A model generated the notes under the pieces. It made no database searches. It saw only the letters and a program-made list of their open reading frames with translations, and was not told where the DNA came from. 64,000 bases of DNA from an uncultured Verrucomicrobiae bacterium (GTDB taxonomy: Bacteria > Verrucomicrobiota > Verrucomicrobiia > Chthoniobacterales > Chthoniobacteraceae): the NCBI GenBank assembly GCA_963769025.1, contig CAVYKI010000010.1, forward strand, positions 448,001 to 512,000, given 5' to 3'. Positions 23,323-32,879 of this stretch are shown one piece after another (positions within the stretch are counted from its first letter, which is position 1; each line of letters begins with the position of its first letter). A program made the position numbers and the translations under genes.

Positions 23323-24837
23323 TCACATCAGGTTCGCGGCGACCTCGGCCATCTCGCTGCGCTCGCCCTTGAAGAGATTGATGTGCGCCATCCACGGCTG
23401 GCCTTGCAGGCGGTTGCGCGCATAGACGAGGCCGTTCGTGTGGGCGTCCACGTACGGATTGTCGATCTGCCCGAGGTCGCCGATGAGGATCATCTTGCTG
23501 CCTTTGCCCATGCGGGTGATGAGCGTCTTCGCCTCGTGCGGCGTGAGCTGCTGCGCCTCGTCCACGATGAAGACGGCGTTCGGGATGCTGCGTCCGCGGA
23601 TGTGCGTGATGGCCTCGATCTCGAGCCGCCCGCTCGCGGTGAGATGTTCCCACGGGCGCATCGGTTTTGTCGGCCCGCTTTGCTGCGAAGGGTTCTGCTG
23701 GTGCTGCGGCTGGCGGTCGTCGGCCTTGCGCTGGCTCTGGCGCTTGTTCTCGAATTGCTCCGGCCGGCGCGGGCGCGTGAGCAGGAGTTCCAGCGCGTCG
23801 AATGCGGGCTGCACCCACGGCTGCATTTTCTCCTCCAGCTTTCCGGGGAGGAAGCCGATGTCGCGTCCCGTGGGCATGATCACGCGGGTGATGAGCATTT
23901 TCTCAAACACGCCGACCTGCACCTGCTCCAGCGCCGCGCCGACGGTGAGCAGCGTCTTCCCGGTGCCCGCCTTTCCATAGACGGTCACGAGCGTGATGGC
24001 CGGATCGTAGAGCGCGTCGAGGAGGAAGCGCTGGCCGAGATTCAGCGCCGCGAGCGTGCGGCCCCCGCGGATGGTGATGCGGTCGCGGCGCAGCTTGTGA
24101 AGTTCGCCTTCGCCGACGTGCCGCGCGGGGATGGCGTGCGTGGGCTCCTCCTCGTTGCGGAGCAGGAGGTAGTGGTTCGGGTGAAAATCCTTCGCCTCGG
24201 GGATGACGATCGTCTCCTGGCTCGCGTACGCCTGCACGGTGTACGGCGCCACGTCGAGCGTCTCATATTCCTCCTCGCTGCGGCGCATCGTGAGGCGGAT
24301 GTCCACGTCCTCCACGCGGTCCGTGCGGTAGTCCTGCGCCTCCATGCCGAGCGCGCGGGCCTTCAGCATCATGTTGAGGTCCTTCGTCACGAGGATGACG
24401 GAGCCCTTTTCCGCGTCCGCGACACCGCACGCGGCGGCGAGGATGCGGTTGTCCGGCAGCGTGAGGTCGGCGAAGAGATCGCGCAGCGCCTGGAAGCGCG
24501 GCGAGTCGCTCACGAGCTGCCAGCCCTCGCCGTCGAAGCGCGCGACGGGATTGATGCAGACGCGCAGCGTGCCGCCGTTCTCCAGCTTCACGCCCGCCTG
24601 CATGTCGCTGGGGTTCATGAAGCGCTCGCTCAGCCGCCGGTGCACCTCGCGGGCGTTCGCGCCGCGCGTGGAGCTTTCGCTCTTGAACCGATCCAGCTCC
24701 TCGAAGACCTCGACGGGGATCCAGACGAAGTTCTCCTTGAACTGGAAGGGCGAGCCCGGGTCGTGGATGAGGACGTTGGTGTCGAGGATGTAGTGCTTCG
24801 GGGTGGGGCGTGGCGCAGCGGCTGGCTTCGGTGGCAT
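23323..24837 (-). CDS. PIN-PhoH family ATPase (PhoH2/YlaK-like)
   Basis: PIN YILDTNVLIHDP, EELD, DNRIL, TKDLNM; P-loop GKAGTGKT, IRGRS, DEAQ, GDLGQID. Confidence 0.92.
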   Translation of the reverse strand: MPPKPAAAPRPTPKHYILDTNVLIHDPGSPFQFKENFVWIPVEVFEELDRFKSESSTRGANAREVHRRLSERFMNPSDMQAGVKLENGGTLRVCINPVARFDGEGWQLVSDSPRFQALRDLFADLTLPDNRILAAACGVADAEKGSVILVTKDLNMMLKARALGMEAQDYRTDRVEDVDIRLTMRRSEEEYETLDVAPYTVQAYASQETIVIPEAKDFHPNHYLLLRNEEEPTHAIPARHVGEGELHKLRRDRITIRGGRTLAALNLGQRFLLDALYDPAITLVTVYGKAGTGKTLLTVGAALEQVQVGVFEKMLITRVIMPTGRDIGFLPGKLEEKMQPWVQPAFDALELLLTRPRRPEQFENKRQSQRKADDRQPQHQQNPSQQSGPTKPMRPWEHLTASGRLEIEAITHIRGRSIPNAVFIVDEAQQLTPHEAKTLITRMGKGSKMILIGDLGQIDNPYVDAHTNGLVYARNRLQGQPWMAHINLFKGERSEMAEVAANLM

Positions 24838-24961
24838 GGAGATTTTGGTGCCCGCATCCGCAGGCGAGGCGACCGTGAACCCGGACCCCCCGCAGGCGCA
24901 AGAAGGGAAACGCGGACAAATGCGGGTGCCGGACGTGTCTGGAGACGGGCGCGGATTATTT

Positions 24962-25073
24962 AACGCAGAGACGCAGAGACGCAGAGGACAAAAAACGGGA
25001 TACAGGTATGCGCCGTGTGATCACTTTGATGGTGTCGTGCTTCGCTTCTCCGCGTCTCTGCGTCTCTGCGTTT
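24962..25073. repeat. Octamer-based inverted-repeat element, copy 1
   Basis: (ACGCAGAG)x3 at 24963-24986 and CTCCGCGT(CTCTGCGT)x2 at 25048-25071. Confidence 0.85.
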
Positions 25074-25132
25074 CAAAACTGCGGCGCGCCCGGCGTAGCA
25101 TCGCGGCTAAGATTTGCACCGCGCGCGCGGCT

Positions 25133-25161
25133 TTGACTTCCCGACTCCAAATCCCTACAGC
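25133..25161 (+). promoter_or_regulatory. sigma70-like promoter TTGACT-N17-TACAGC
   Basis: 17-bp spacing, 9 nt before ATG 25171; same -10 hexamer as at 5843. Confidence 0.55.
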
Positions 25162-25170
25162 CGCACCTCC

Positions 25171-26428
25171 ATGAAACTCCGCGCCCTCATCCCTCTCGCC
25201 GCACTCACCCTTTCCGCCACCGCCGCAGACTGGCCGCAATACCGCGGGCCGAATGGCGACGGCTCCACGACCGAGTCGCTGCCCGCGCAGTGGCCCGCCG
25301 CGCCGAAGGTGCTCTGGAAGGTCCCCGGCGGAACCGGCTTCGGATCGTTCGTGGTGAGCGGCGCGTGGTGTTTCTCCATCGAGGGAAAAGGCGCGGATGA
25401 AGTGCTCGTCGCGCGCGACGCGGCGACAGGGAAGGAAAAGTGGACCGCCAATCTCGGCCCCGCGAAATACCAGGGCGGCGGCGACGCCGGCACGAATGAC
25501 AACAAGGGCGGCGACGGCCCGCGCAGCACGCCGACGCTCGCCGGCAAGGTCATCGTCGCGATGCACAGCGACCTCGTGCTTCACGCGTTCGACGCCGTGA
25601 CCGGCAAGCCGCTCTGGAAGCGCGACCTCGTCGCGGAGCACGCCGGCAAAAACATTTCCTGGTCGAACGCCGCGAGCCCGCTCTTCGAAGGCGGCCTCAT
25701 CTACGTCGCCGGCGGCGGCGCGGGGCAGACGTATCTCGCCCTCGACCCGCTGAAGGGCACCGTGCTCGCGAAAACCGGCGACGACACGATCACGCACGCC
25801 ACGCCCACCGCGGCGACGATCCACGGCCAGCGGCAGATCATCTTCTTCATGAAGAGCGGCCTCACTTCCCTCGACCCGAAGACGCTGAAGCAGCTCTGGC
25901 ACGCGGATTTTCCGTTTAACGTCAGCACCGCCGCGAGCCCGGTCGTCGCGGGTGACTACGTGTATTGCAGCGCCGGCTACGGCACAGGCGCGGGCGGCTT
26001 CAAGATCACCAAGTCCGGCAACGACTGGAAGGCCGAGCAGGTCATGCGCGTGCCCGCAAAAGCCGCTCGCCAACCACTGGAGCACGCCCGTGCATTTCGG
26101 CGGACATCTCTACGGCATGTTTCAGTTCAAGGAATACGGCAAGGGCCCGATCAAGGCCGTGGCGCTGCCGGACGGTGAGATCAAATGGGAGCAGCCCGGC
26201 TTCGGCCCCGGCAACCTGATCCTCACCGCAGGCGGCAATCTGCTCGCGCTGAACGACACCGGCGAACTCGTCGGCATCGCCGCGCGGCCCGACGCCTACA
26301 AGGAAATCGGCCGCTTCAAGGCCGTGAGCGGCAAATGCTGGTCCACGCCCGTGCTGAGCAACGGCCGCGTCTTCGTCCGCTCCACCACGGAAACCGCCTG
26401 CATCCAGCTCGGCACACCGGGCAAGTAG
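25171..26428 (+). CDS. PQQ-binding-like beta-propeller protein (BamB-like, PVC family); frameshift about 26060
   Basis: Signal peptide then ADWPQYRGP, TGKEKW, GPRSTP, ASP repeats, WSTPVLSNGRVFVRS. Confidence 0.88.
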
Positions 26429-26466
26429 CCGCTGGCGGCGGCGTGCACACCCGGTAGAGTAACGCC

Positions 26467-27888
26467 ATGACCCCCGATCTCCCCCATCTCACCCGTCGCA
26501 CCTTCCTCGGCAACGCCGCGCGTGGCGTCGGCGCGGTGGCGCTCGGGTCGCTGCTGAATCCCGCTTCGCTTTTCGCCGCGCAGAAATGGCGCGGCATTTT
26601 GGCGGCGCCGCATTTTCCGCCGAAGGCGAAGCGCGTGATCTGGCTCACGATGGCGGGCGGGCCGTCGCATCTGGAGACGTTCGACCACAAGCCGAAGCTC
26701 GCCGAGATGCACGGCAAGCCGATGCCGGAGAGCATCACCAAGGGGCAGCAGATCGCGCAGTTGCAGGGCAAGCAGCTGAACTGCTTCGGCCCGCAGTGGG
26801 CGTTCAAGAAGTTCGGCCAGTGCGGCGCGGAAATCTGCGAGCTGTTCCCGCACATCGGCTCGGTCGCGGACGACATCTGCTTCATCCGCTCGATGACGAC
26901 CGACGCGATCAACCACGATCCCGCGCACATGCTTCATGAACACCGGCTCGACCGATCCCCGGCCGCCCGAGCATGGGCTCGTGGCTCACGTACGGCCTCG
27001 GCAGCGAGGCGGAGGAATTGCCCGGCTTCGTCGTGCTCACCTCGCTCGGCAAGGGCGGGCAGAACCAGCCCATCGCCGCGCGGCAGTGGAGCGCGGGATT
27101 TCTGCCGAGCCGCTTCCAGGGCGTCGCAGCTGCGCGAGCAAAGGCGATCCCGTCCTTTACCTCACGCAATCCCGCCCGGCGTCTCGCGCGAGCAGCAGGG
27201 CGACGTCATCGACGCCGTCAACAAGCTCAACGCGCAGCTTCGACGCCGTCGTGGACGATCCGGAAATCGCCACGCGCATCGCGCAGTACGAGATGGCGTT
27301 CAAGATGCAGGCCAGCGTGCCCGAACTGATGGACATGGCGAAGGAACCGCAGAGCGTCCTCGACCTCTACGGCTGCAAGCCCGGCGACGGCTCCTTCGCC
27401 GCAACTGCCTGCTCGCGCGCCGGCTCGCCGAGCGCGGCGTGCGCTTCATCCAGCTCTACCACAAGGACTGGGACCACCACGGCGGCGTGAAGGACGGCAT
27501 CAAGCTCAAGGCCGAGGAAGTGGACCGCGCGTGCATGGCGCTCATCACCGACCTCAAGCAGCGCGGCATGTTCGACGACACGCTCGTCGTCTGGGCCGGC
27601 GAATTCGGCCGCACGCCGATGTCGCAGGGCGGCAGCGGACGCGACCACCACATCCTCGGCTTCACGACCTGGATGGCCGGCGGCGGGATCAAAGGCGGCA
27701 CGCAATGCGGCGAGACCGACGAATTCGGCTACAAGGCCGTGAAGGACGTCGTCCACGTCCACGACATGCACGCCACGATGCTGCACCAGCTCGGCATCGA
27801 CCACACGAAGCTCGTCTTCCGCACCCAAGGCCGCGACTACCGGCTCACGGATGTGTTCGGGAAAGTGGTGAAGGGGATTCTGGCGTAA
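26467..27888 (+). CDS. DUF1501 domain protein (second copy); frameshifts in 26930-27400
   Basis: TRRTFLG Tat motif, [47 protein letters not shown]. Confidence 0.9.
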   Translation: MTPDLPHLTRRTFLGNAARGVGAVALGSLLNPASLFAAQKWRGILAAPHFPPKAKRVIWLTMAGGPSHLETFDHKPKLAEMHGKPMPESITKGQQIAQLQGKQLNCFGPQWAFKKFGQCGAEICELFPHIGSVADDICFIRSMTTDAINHDPAHMLHEHRLDRSPAARAWARGSRTASAARRRNCPASSCSPRSARAGRTSPSPRGSGARDFCRAASRASQLREQRRSRPLPHAIPPGVSREQQGDVIDAVNKLNAQLRRRRGRSGNRHAHRAVRDGVQDAGQRARTDGHGEGTAERPRPLRLQARRRLLRRNCLLARRLAERGVRFIQLYHKDWDHHGGVKDGIKLKAEEVDRACMALITDLKQRGMFDDTLVVWAGEFGRTPMSQGGSGRDHHILGFTTWMAGGGIKGGTQCGETDEFGYKAVKDVVHVHDMHATMLHQLGIDHTKLVFRTQGRDYRLTDVFGKVVKGILA

Positions 27889-27931
27889 GCGGACGGCAAT
27901 CGCCGAGCTGGGAGCTTGATCACCGTTTCCG

Positions 27932-28459
27932 ATGAGTAAGCGCTGGATTTACCTTGGAGCGGGAATTGCAGCCTATACCGCGCTCGTTTTTTTTGGAAAA
28001 CGCACGGACCTTCTTTATTTAGTTCCCGTTGGTTTGGTGTTTTCAGCAGCCGGCGTCCTTAATTATCTCGGCATCCGGTTGTACTCTGCCATTTCCGGAC
28101 GTTCGTTCGGTGAGCGACTTCGCTTTAATTTGGCACTGGCCGCCTTCGGTGTCGTCCTGGCGCTCCCATTTCCCCTCCGGGTAGCAATTGACCGGCAGCG
28201 GGTGTCTGCTGCGAAGGCGTATCCTGCTCTCGTCGCGCCGGTGTTGGAAAAGTATCGTCAGCAACACGGCGCATATCCTGACAGCCTCGACGAACTGCGG
28301 TCGCGACCGTCCGTTCCCGGATTACTGCGCGGCAGCAAAGGCTACCGAAGATACGGTGCTGGCGATTACTCATTTGCCTTTCCCGACCCCACAAGGAGTT
28401 ACGGAGGTTGGACCTACAGGAGCGATAACCGCACTTGGAGCTATTCCGAATTCGACTGA
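27932..28459 (+). CDS. Hypothetical membrane protein (3 TM plus pilin-like YPDSL segment), AT-richer codon usage
   Basis: Clean 175-aa ORF with hydrophobic helices and LEKYRQQHGAYPDSLDEL. Confidence 0.65.
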   Translation: MSKRWIYLGAGIAAYTALVFFGKRTDLLYLVPVGLVFSAAGVLNYLGIRLYSAISGRSFGERLRFNLALAAFGVVLALPFPLRVAIDRQRVSAAKAYPALVAPVLEKYRQQHGAYPDSLDELRSRPSVPGLLRGSKGYRRYGAGDYSFAFPDPTRSYGGWTYRSDNRTWSYSEFD

Positions 28460-28606
28460 AGGCCCGGATCTGTGTGCGGAGTAATGGAAGTTCATTCGGG
28501 CGCACCCCTCCCGGCACCACCTTCACCACTATCATCGCCGGCGACGCTGAATCGATATGTCCGGGGCTGGTGCGACGCAGGAACGAGGAGCTGAATGAGT
28601 TCCGAG

Positions 28607-28635
28607 TTGTCCGCACCGCCCGGAGCGGCTACTGT
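28607..28635 (+). promoter_or_regulatory. sigma70-like promoter of the TA operon, TTGTCC-N17-TACTGT
   Basis: 17-bp spacing, 7 nt before ATG 28643 (leaderless geometry). Confidence 0.55.
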
Positions 28636-28642
28636 CCGCCGC

Positions 28643-28870
28643 ATGAAAGCACCCGCGCTCAAAGACGGACGGTTCGTGACCGACGCGAAAGGCAAGACGG
28701 TCGGCGTGCTGCTCGACATGAAGACCTATGAGCGGCTGCGCGAAGCGGAGGAAGACCTCGCCGACATCCGCGCCTACGACACCGCGCGCCCGAAGGTGCT
28801 CGCCGAGGTGAAGGCCGGACAGGTTTCCACGCTGACCGAGTACCGCGCCCGGCGTTCGCGGAGGAAATGA
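28643..28870 (+). CDS. Type II TA antitoxin
   Basis: 75 aa, FVTDAKGKTVGVLLDMKTYERLREAEEDLADIRAYD; ATGA overlap with the RelE-type toxin. Confidence 0.75.
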   Translation: MKAPALKDGRFVTDAKGKTVGVLLDMKTYERLREAEEDLADIRAYDTARPKVLAEVKAGQVSTLTEYRARRSRRK

Positions 28871-29121
28871 AATACCGCATCGTCCTGCCGAAGACCGTCC
28901 AGAAGGCCCTGGACCGTTTGCCGGACGCAGCAGCGGGACGAATCCTCGTCTCGTCTCGCGGAACTCGAAACCAACCCACGCCCGCCGACGTGAAGAAGCT
29001 GAAGGGCCGGGATGCTTGGCGAATCCGCGTGGGAGATTACCGCGTCATTTACGAGATTCACGACCGCGAACTGCGAGTGCTCGTCATCACCGTCGGCCAC
29101 CGCCGCGACATCTATCGCTGA
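28867..29121 (+). CDS. relE: RelE/ParE family toxin
   Basis: KKLKGRDAWRIRVGDYRVIYEI...VITVGHRRDIYR; probable compensating indels about 28950-28985. Confidence 0.9.
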   Translation: MKYRIVLPKTVQKALDRLPDAAAGRILVSSRGTRNQPTPADVKKLKGRDAWRIRVGDYRVIYEIHDRELRVLVITVGHRRDIYR

Positions 29122-29171
29122 CAGCTTGCGCGCTCGACAGATGCCGCATTTTTAGCGACAGCTTCGTCCGC

Positions 29172-29576
29172 ATGTCGCCGGAAAATTCCCCACGCATCCG
29201 CGCGTTGCGGATGCTGATGATGATGGATGCGGTCGTGCTCACCGGGCTGGGCGTGCTGTTCATCACCGTGCCGCGGCGCATCGAGGCGGCGTTCCATTTC
29301 CAGGATCTGCCGGCCGGCGTGGACTACATGATCGGCCTGTGGGGATGCGTCTTCGCGACGCTCGGGCTCGGCTACGTGCTGGCCGCCGTGGAGCCGCGAC
29401 GGAACGTGCTCTGGGTGCAGATGGGAATCGCCCGCGGACTGCTGGAGGTGGTCTTCGGGGTGATGTGCGTGTTCCGCCAAATCGTGACATGGGAGCAGGC
29501 ATCGTTCGGGATTTTCACGGCGGTGTTCATCGCGGCGGCCTACACGGTGCTGTATCCGCGAAAGGAGGAGGCGTAA
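29172..29576 (+). CDS. Hypothetical 4-TM membrane protein
   Basis: Four hydrophobic helices, normal codon bias. Confidence 0.7.
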   Translation: MSPENSPRIRALRMLMMMDAVVLTGLGVLFITVPRRIEAAFHFQDLPAGVDYMIGLWGCVFATLGLGYVLAAVEPRRNVLWVQMGIARGLLEVVFGVMCVFRQIVTWEQASFGIFTAVFIAAAYTVLYPRKEEA

Positions 29577-29785
29577 TGCAGTTCCTGAACATCATCCCCG
29601 CGCTGGTGATCATCGGCGCGCTGATCTGGGGCTTCAAGCTCGCGGGCCGTTGCACGGCGAGCGTTCCCTTCCAGATGTTCCTCGGCGTGCTGCTCGGCTT
29701 CGCGATCCTCGTCGGCGTGGTGTGCGTGCTCTTCGGCGTGCTGTTCGCAGGCTGCCTCATCATGGGCTCGCCGTCGTTTCATTGA
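29576..29785 (+). CDS. Small hydrophobic membrane protein
   Basis: MQFLNIIPALVIIG..., TAATG coupling to the upstream gene. Confidence 0.65.
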   Translation: MQFLNIIPALVIIGALIWGFKLAGRCTASVPFQMFLGVLLGFAILVGVVCVLFGVLFAGCLIMGSPSFH

Positions 29786-29789
29786 GGCG

Positions 29790-30098
29790 ATGCCGCTCCG
29801 GCTGCCGATCCGCTGGTGGGAATGGGCGCTGCAGTTCACGCCGGCGGCGGTGATGTTGCTGGGGTCGGCTTACGAAGTGACGTTCATCCCGCGGGGCGGG
29901 AAAATGCTCGTGGGCGTGGAAGGCGCCGTCGCCGGTGCCTGGATCGCGCTTCCGCTTTGCTTCGTGGCCGCGTTTTTTCTCACGAAACCGCATCCTACCC
30001 CGGCGGTGCGGGCGCTCAGGATCGTGCTCCTGGCCGTCGGCCTCGCCGTCGTGAACTGCGCAATCGCCTTCGCCGGCTGCGTTCTGGTCCTGCCCTGA
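29790..30098 (+). CDS. Small 3-TM membrane protein
   Basis: 102-aa hydrophobic ORF 4 nt after the previous stop. Confidence 0.6.
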   Translation: MPLRLPIRWWEWALQFTPAAVMLLGSAYEVTFIPRGGKMLVGVEGAVAGAWIALPLCFVAAFFLTKPHPTPAVRALRIVLLAVGLAVVNCAIAFAGCVLVLP

Positions 30099-30291
30099 CA
30101 TGTCGAGCCCCCGCACGCGCTCGGCCTTCTCGATCCGGACCTTCCGGAAAAGAGCCACCCACCCGTGCCGCTGGAGCCGGTGAAGAGTCGATGCGAGCGG
30201 ACGCTCGGTCCGGAAGCCGAAGCTGGCCAGCGCCTCCGCGAAAACCCAAAGTGCGCCCCGCGACCGGTGTCCCCCTTCAAGAATGTTTCCC

Positions 30292-31710
30292 ATGCTCAAA
30301 AACATCGTCCTCATCCTGCTCGCCGCCGCCCCGCTGATTTACCCCGCCACGGCAGCGGAAGCTGCGCCGGAGGCGCGCGCACTGCGCGTGGATCCTCGAA
30401 GCGGCGACGACAAGAACGACGGTACCACGGCGCCGCTCAAGACCATCGCCCGCGCAATCCGCCTCGCCCAGGCCGGCGACACGGTTCACCTCGCGACGGC
30501 GCGCTATTTTGAAAGTGCGGACCTCACGAACAAGCACGGCACACCCGGCAGACCGATCACACTCGACGGTCACGGCTCGGTGCTCGATGGGAGCGAGTCG
30601 GTGCGCCTGGCAGATTGGGAGGCGCTCGGAGGCGGGCTTTTTCGCAAGGTGAAGCTCATGCCGCGCATGGATGACGCGATCATGGGGCGCTGGTTTTTCG
30701 TGTGGGATGGGAAGATGAATCACATGGGTCGCACCTCGAAGGGCAAAAGCGCGCCGCTGAAGACACCCGCCGATCTCCAACCGGACGAGTGGACCTATGT
30801 GAAGGACGAGGACGCCTTTTACATCCGCCTCGCCCCGGAGCGCGGCCCCGACACCGCAAACATCCGCTACCCGGCGCGCAGCAGCGGCGTGGTCCAGGGC
30901 GGCAAGGGCTCGCATCTCATCGTGCGAAATATCATCGCCACGCACGTCTATAACGACGGCTTCAACATCCACGGCGAACAGCGGGCCATGGTGTTCGAAA
31001 ACATCGCAGCCATCGAGTGCGGCGACGACGGTTTCAGCGCGCACGAGGATGGCGAGTGCCGCATCGACGGCTTCGTGAGCATCGGGAACTCGACCGGCAT
31101 GTGCGACACGGTGTCGAGCGTCACGCACTACCGGAATGTCTTCATCCGCGGCTGCCTCGGTTACGACGTGTTCTTCATCGGCGACTCGTCGCACAGCATC
31201 GAAAACGCGATCATCGAGAGCAGCGCGTTGCGCGCATTCGAGGCGGGACAGCATGCGGATCGCGAGCCGAATGGACCGTGCAGTGTCGTGCTGAAAAATG
31301 TGCGCTTTCGCCGTATCGGCATGCCTCAGGAGCTCCACGTGGGCAGCAACGCCAAGCTGAACGCCGAGCACTGCACCTTCCTCGGCCTGAGCGTCCAGGT
31401 TTCGCCCGGCGGTGAAATCGCCGCTCGCCAGTGCGTATTCGGCGGCGATCCGAAACCCGAAATTTTCCTGCAAGTGAACACGATCTGGCGCGGCGCGGGA
31501 AACCTCTACGACCTGAAATCGCTGCGGCTGGACAAAACGGCCTTCACCGCAGAGACATTCCCCGCCTTCCAAAAACTCACCAGAGGCGATGCGGCCTCGC
31601 GGTGGGGCACCGATGCGAACCGTGCTGGCATCGGCGCGGATCCAGCATCGCTGATGCCTCTGGAGCAGATGGCCGCCGGTGTCCTCCAGCGCTGGCGCGA
31701 AACGCGATGA
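30292..31710 (+). CDS. Secreted right-handed parallel beta-helix protein (DUF1565-type N-terminus)
   Basis: Signal peptide; VDPRSGDDKNDGTTAPLKTIARA...AGDTVHL; repeated NDGFNIH/DDGFSAH turns. Confidence 0.75.
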   Translation: MLKNIVLILLAAAPLIYPATAAEAAPEARALRVDPRSGDDKNDGTTAPLKTIARAIRLAQAGDTVHLATARYFESADLTNKHGTPGRPITLDGHGSVLDGSESVRLADWEALGGGLFRKVKLMPRMDDAIMGRWFFVWDGKMNHMGRTSKGKSAPLKTPADLQPDEWTYVKDEDAFYIRLAPERGPDTANIRYPARSSGVVQGGKGSHLIVRNIIATHVYNDGFNIHGEQRAMVFENIAAIECGDDGFSAHEDGECRIDGFVSIGNSTGMCDTVSSVTHYRNVFIRGCLGYDVFFIGDSSHSIENAIIESSALRAFEAGQHADREPNGPCSVVLKNVRFRRIGMPQELHVGSNAKLNAEHCTFLGLSVQVSPGGEIAARQCVFGGDPKPEIFLQVNTIWRGAGNLYDLKSLRLDKTAFTAETFPAFQKLTRGDAASRWGTDANRAGIGADPASLMPLEQMAAGVLQRWRETR

Positions 31711-31758
31711 CATCGCGGAGCCTTGGCTCCCTGCCACGGTGCGGCGCGGGGCAAGCCG

Positions 31759-32559
31759 CTAGGTCTCCGACTTCATGTCCTCTGGCGTCTCGCAGTCATC
31801 TTCCTCCACCAGAATCGAGCGCTGCTGGAGGATGTGGTCGAGTCGCTTCCAGTGGAACCACAGGCCGACAATGTTTTCGTAGCGCTTGATGACCCGCTGC
31901 TGGTTGTCCACGGCGATCAGGTCGCCGCCGCCAAATCCGAGCAGCGTCTCGAGCACGTCGCGATATTTCGTCATGAAGCGCAGGCCCGTCCGATCCGTCC
32001 GCTCGGAGCCTTCGCCAAAGTGATACTCCGCGATCTCGTTCGGGGTGAATTTTTTCCTGCGGTTGAAACCCATCTCGAACAGCGACGCCACCCAGGGGAT
32101 GAGCAGCAGCCAGCAGATGACCGACACCGTGCCGGGGTCGAACTGCGGATTGAGCGACGCAAAGTACTTCATGATCGAGCCGAGGATCACGACGTTGTGC
32201 AGCCCTTCCATGTACCTCGCAAAGAGCCACAGCACCGACACCACGAGCGTGCAGAGGATGAGCTTTTTCAGGCTCAGGTCGTAGAGCATCGCGAGGAGGA
32301 AATAGACGAGCGTGAAGATGAAAATCCACGCGCCCGCGCCCGCACTGATGATGCCCGGGCAGAGCCCCCGCAGCAAGAAGCCCACGGCGATCACGATCCA
32401 CAGGAAAAATGCGGGCGGTGCGGAATAGACGGTGATCTCATCCAGCTTCCTCTTGCCTCCCCCGGAGCGGCTCCCGCCGGACGTGCCCGGCTTGGACTTT
32501 GCGTCCGGTTCCTGTTGCGGTTTGTCGAAAGGTGACTGCGGTTCTTGTGGATCAGCCAT
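31759..32559 (-). CDS. Conserved hypothetical multi-pass membrane protein
   Basis: Four TM helices then a soluble C-terminus; TTGCTC-N17-TAATCG promoter at 32602-32574. Confidence 0.7.
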   Translation of the reverse strand: MADPQEPQSPFDKPQQEPDAKSKPGTSGGSRSGGGKRKLDEITVYSAPPAFFLWIVIAVGFLLRGLCPGIISAGAGAWIFIFTLVYFLLAMLYDLSLKKLILCTLVVSVLWLFARYMEGLHNVVILGSIMKYFASLNPQFDPGTVSVICWLLLIPWVASLFEMGFNRRKKFTPNEIAEYHFGEGSERTDRTGLRFMTKYRDVLETLLGFGGGDLIAVDNQQRVIKRYENIVGLWFHWKRLDHILQQRSILVEEDDCETPEDMKSET

Positions 32560-32637
32560 GGCGGGTGCCGGAGCGATTACCCTTAGCGGCGTGCTGGAGC
32601 AAGCGAAACGCAGCGGCGCAAAGGCCGCGCATTTTAT

Positions 32638-32868
32638 GAAACGCAGAGGCGCAGAGACGCGGAGAACGGAAGGGCTGGCGCCCGCCCTGCCCGTAGCCGC
32701 CGCCGGAAGGAGGCGGGCCATTTGGAAACCGGAGACTGAAACGAGAAGCAGCCCGAACAGCTTTGCCGCGGTGCTCTCGGAAATACCGAGTGCCCGCCTC
32801 CTTCCGTCGGCGGCTACAGGGCTCAGTTCTGCCGCTTCTTCCTCCGCGTCTCTGCGTCTCCGCGTTTC
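32638..32868. repeat. Octamer inverted-repeat element, copy 2, with nested REP doublet
   Basis: GAA-ACGCAGAG-GCGCAGAG-ACGCGGAG ... CTCCGCGT-CTCTGCGT-CTCCGCGT-TTC. Confidence 0.85.
32693..32817. repeat. GTAG-type REP inverted doublet (REPIN-like)
   Basis: GTAGCCGCCGCCGGAAGGAGGCGGGC (32693-32718) and its reverse complement with 1 mismatch (32792-32817). Confidence 0.8.
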
Positions 32869-32879
32869 AAACTCCGCGC

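Noticed and set aside
22357..24963. 868-aa plus-strand ORF, and similar long ORFs such as 34356..37181, 36746..39019, 43202..45553 and 55810..57981
   Set aside because: Antisense shadows of well-supported genes in high-GC DNA; Arg/Ala-rich with no motifs.
27889..27931. attC-like fragment CGCCGAGCTGGGAGCTT before the ORFan cluster
   Set aside because: No RYYYAAC/GTTRRRY core pair and no repetition between the following genes.
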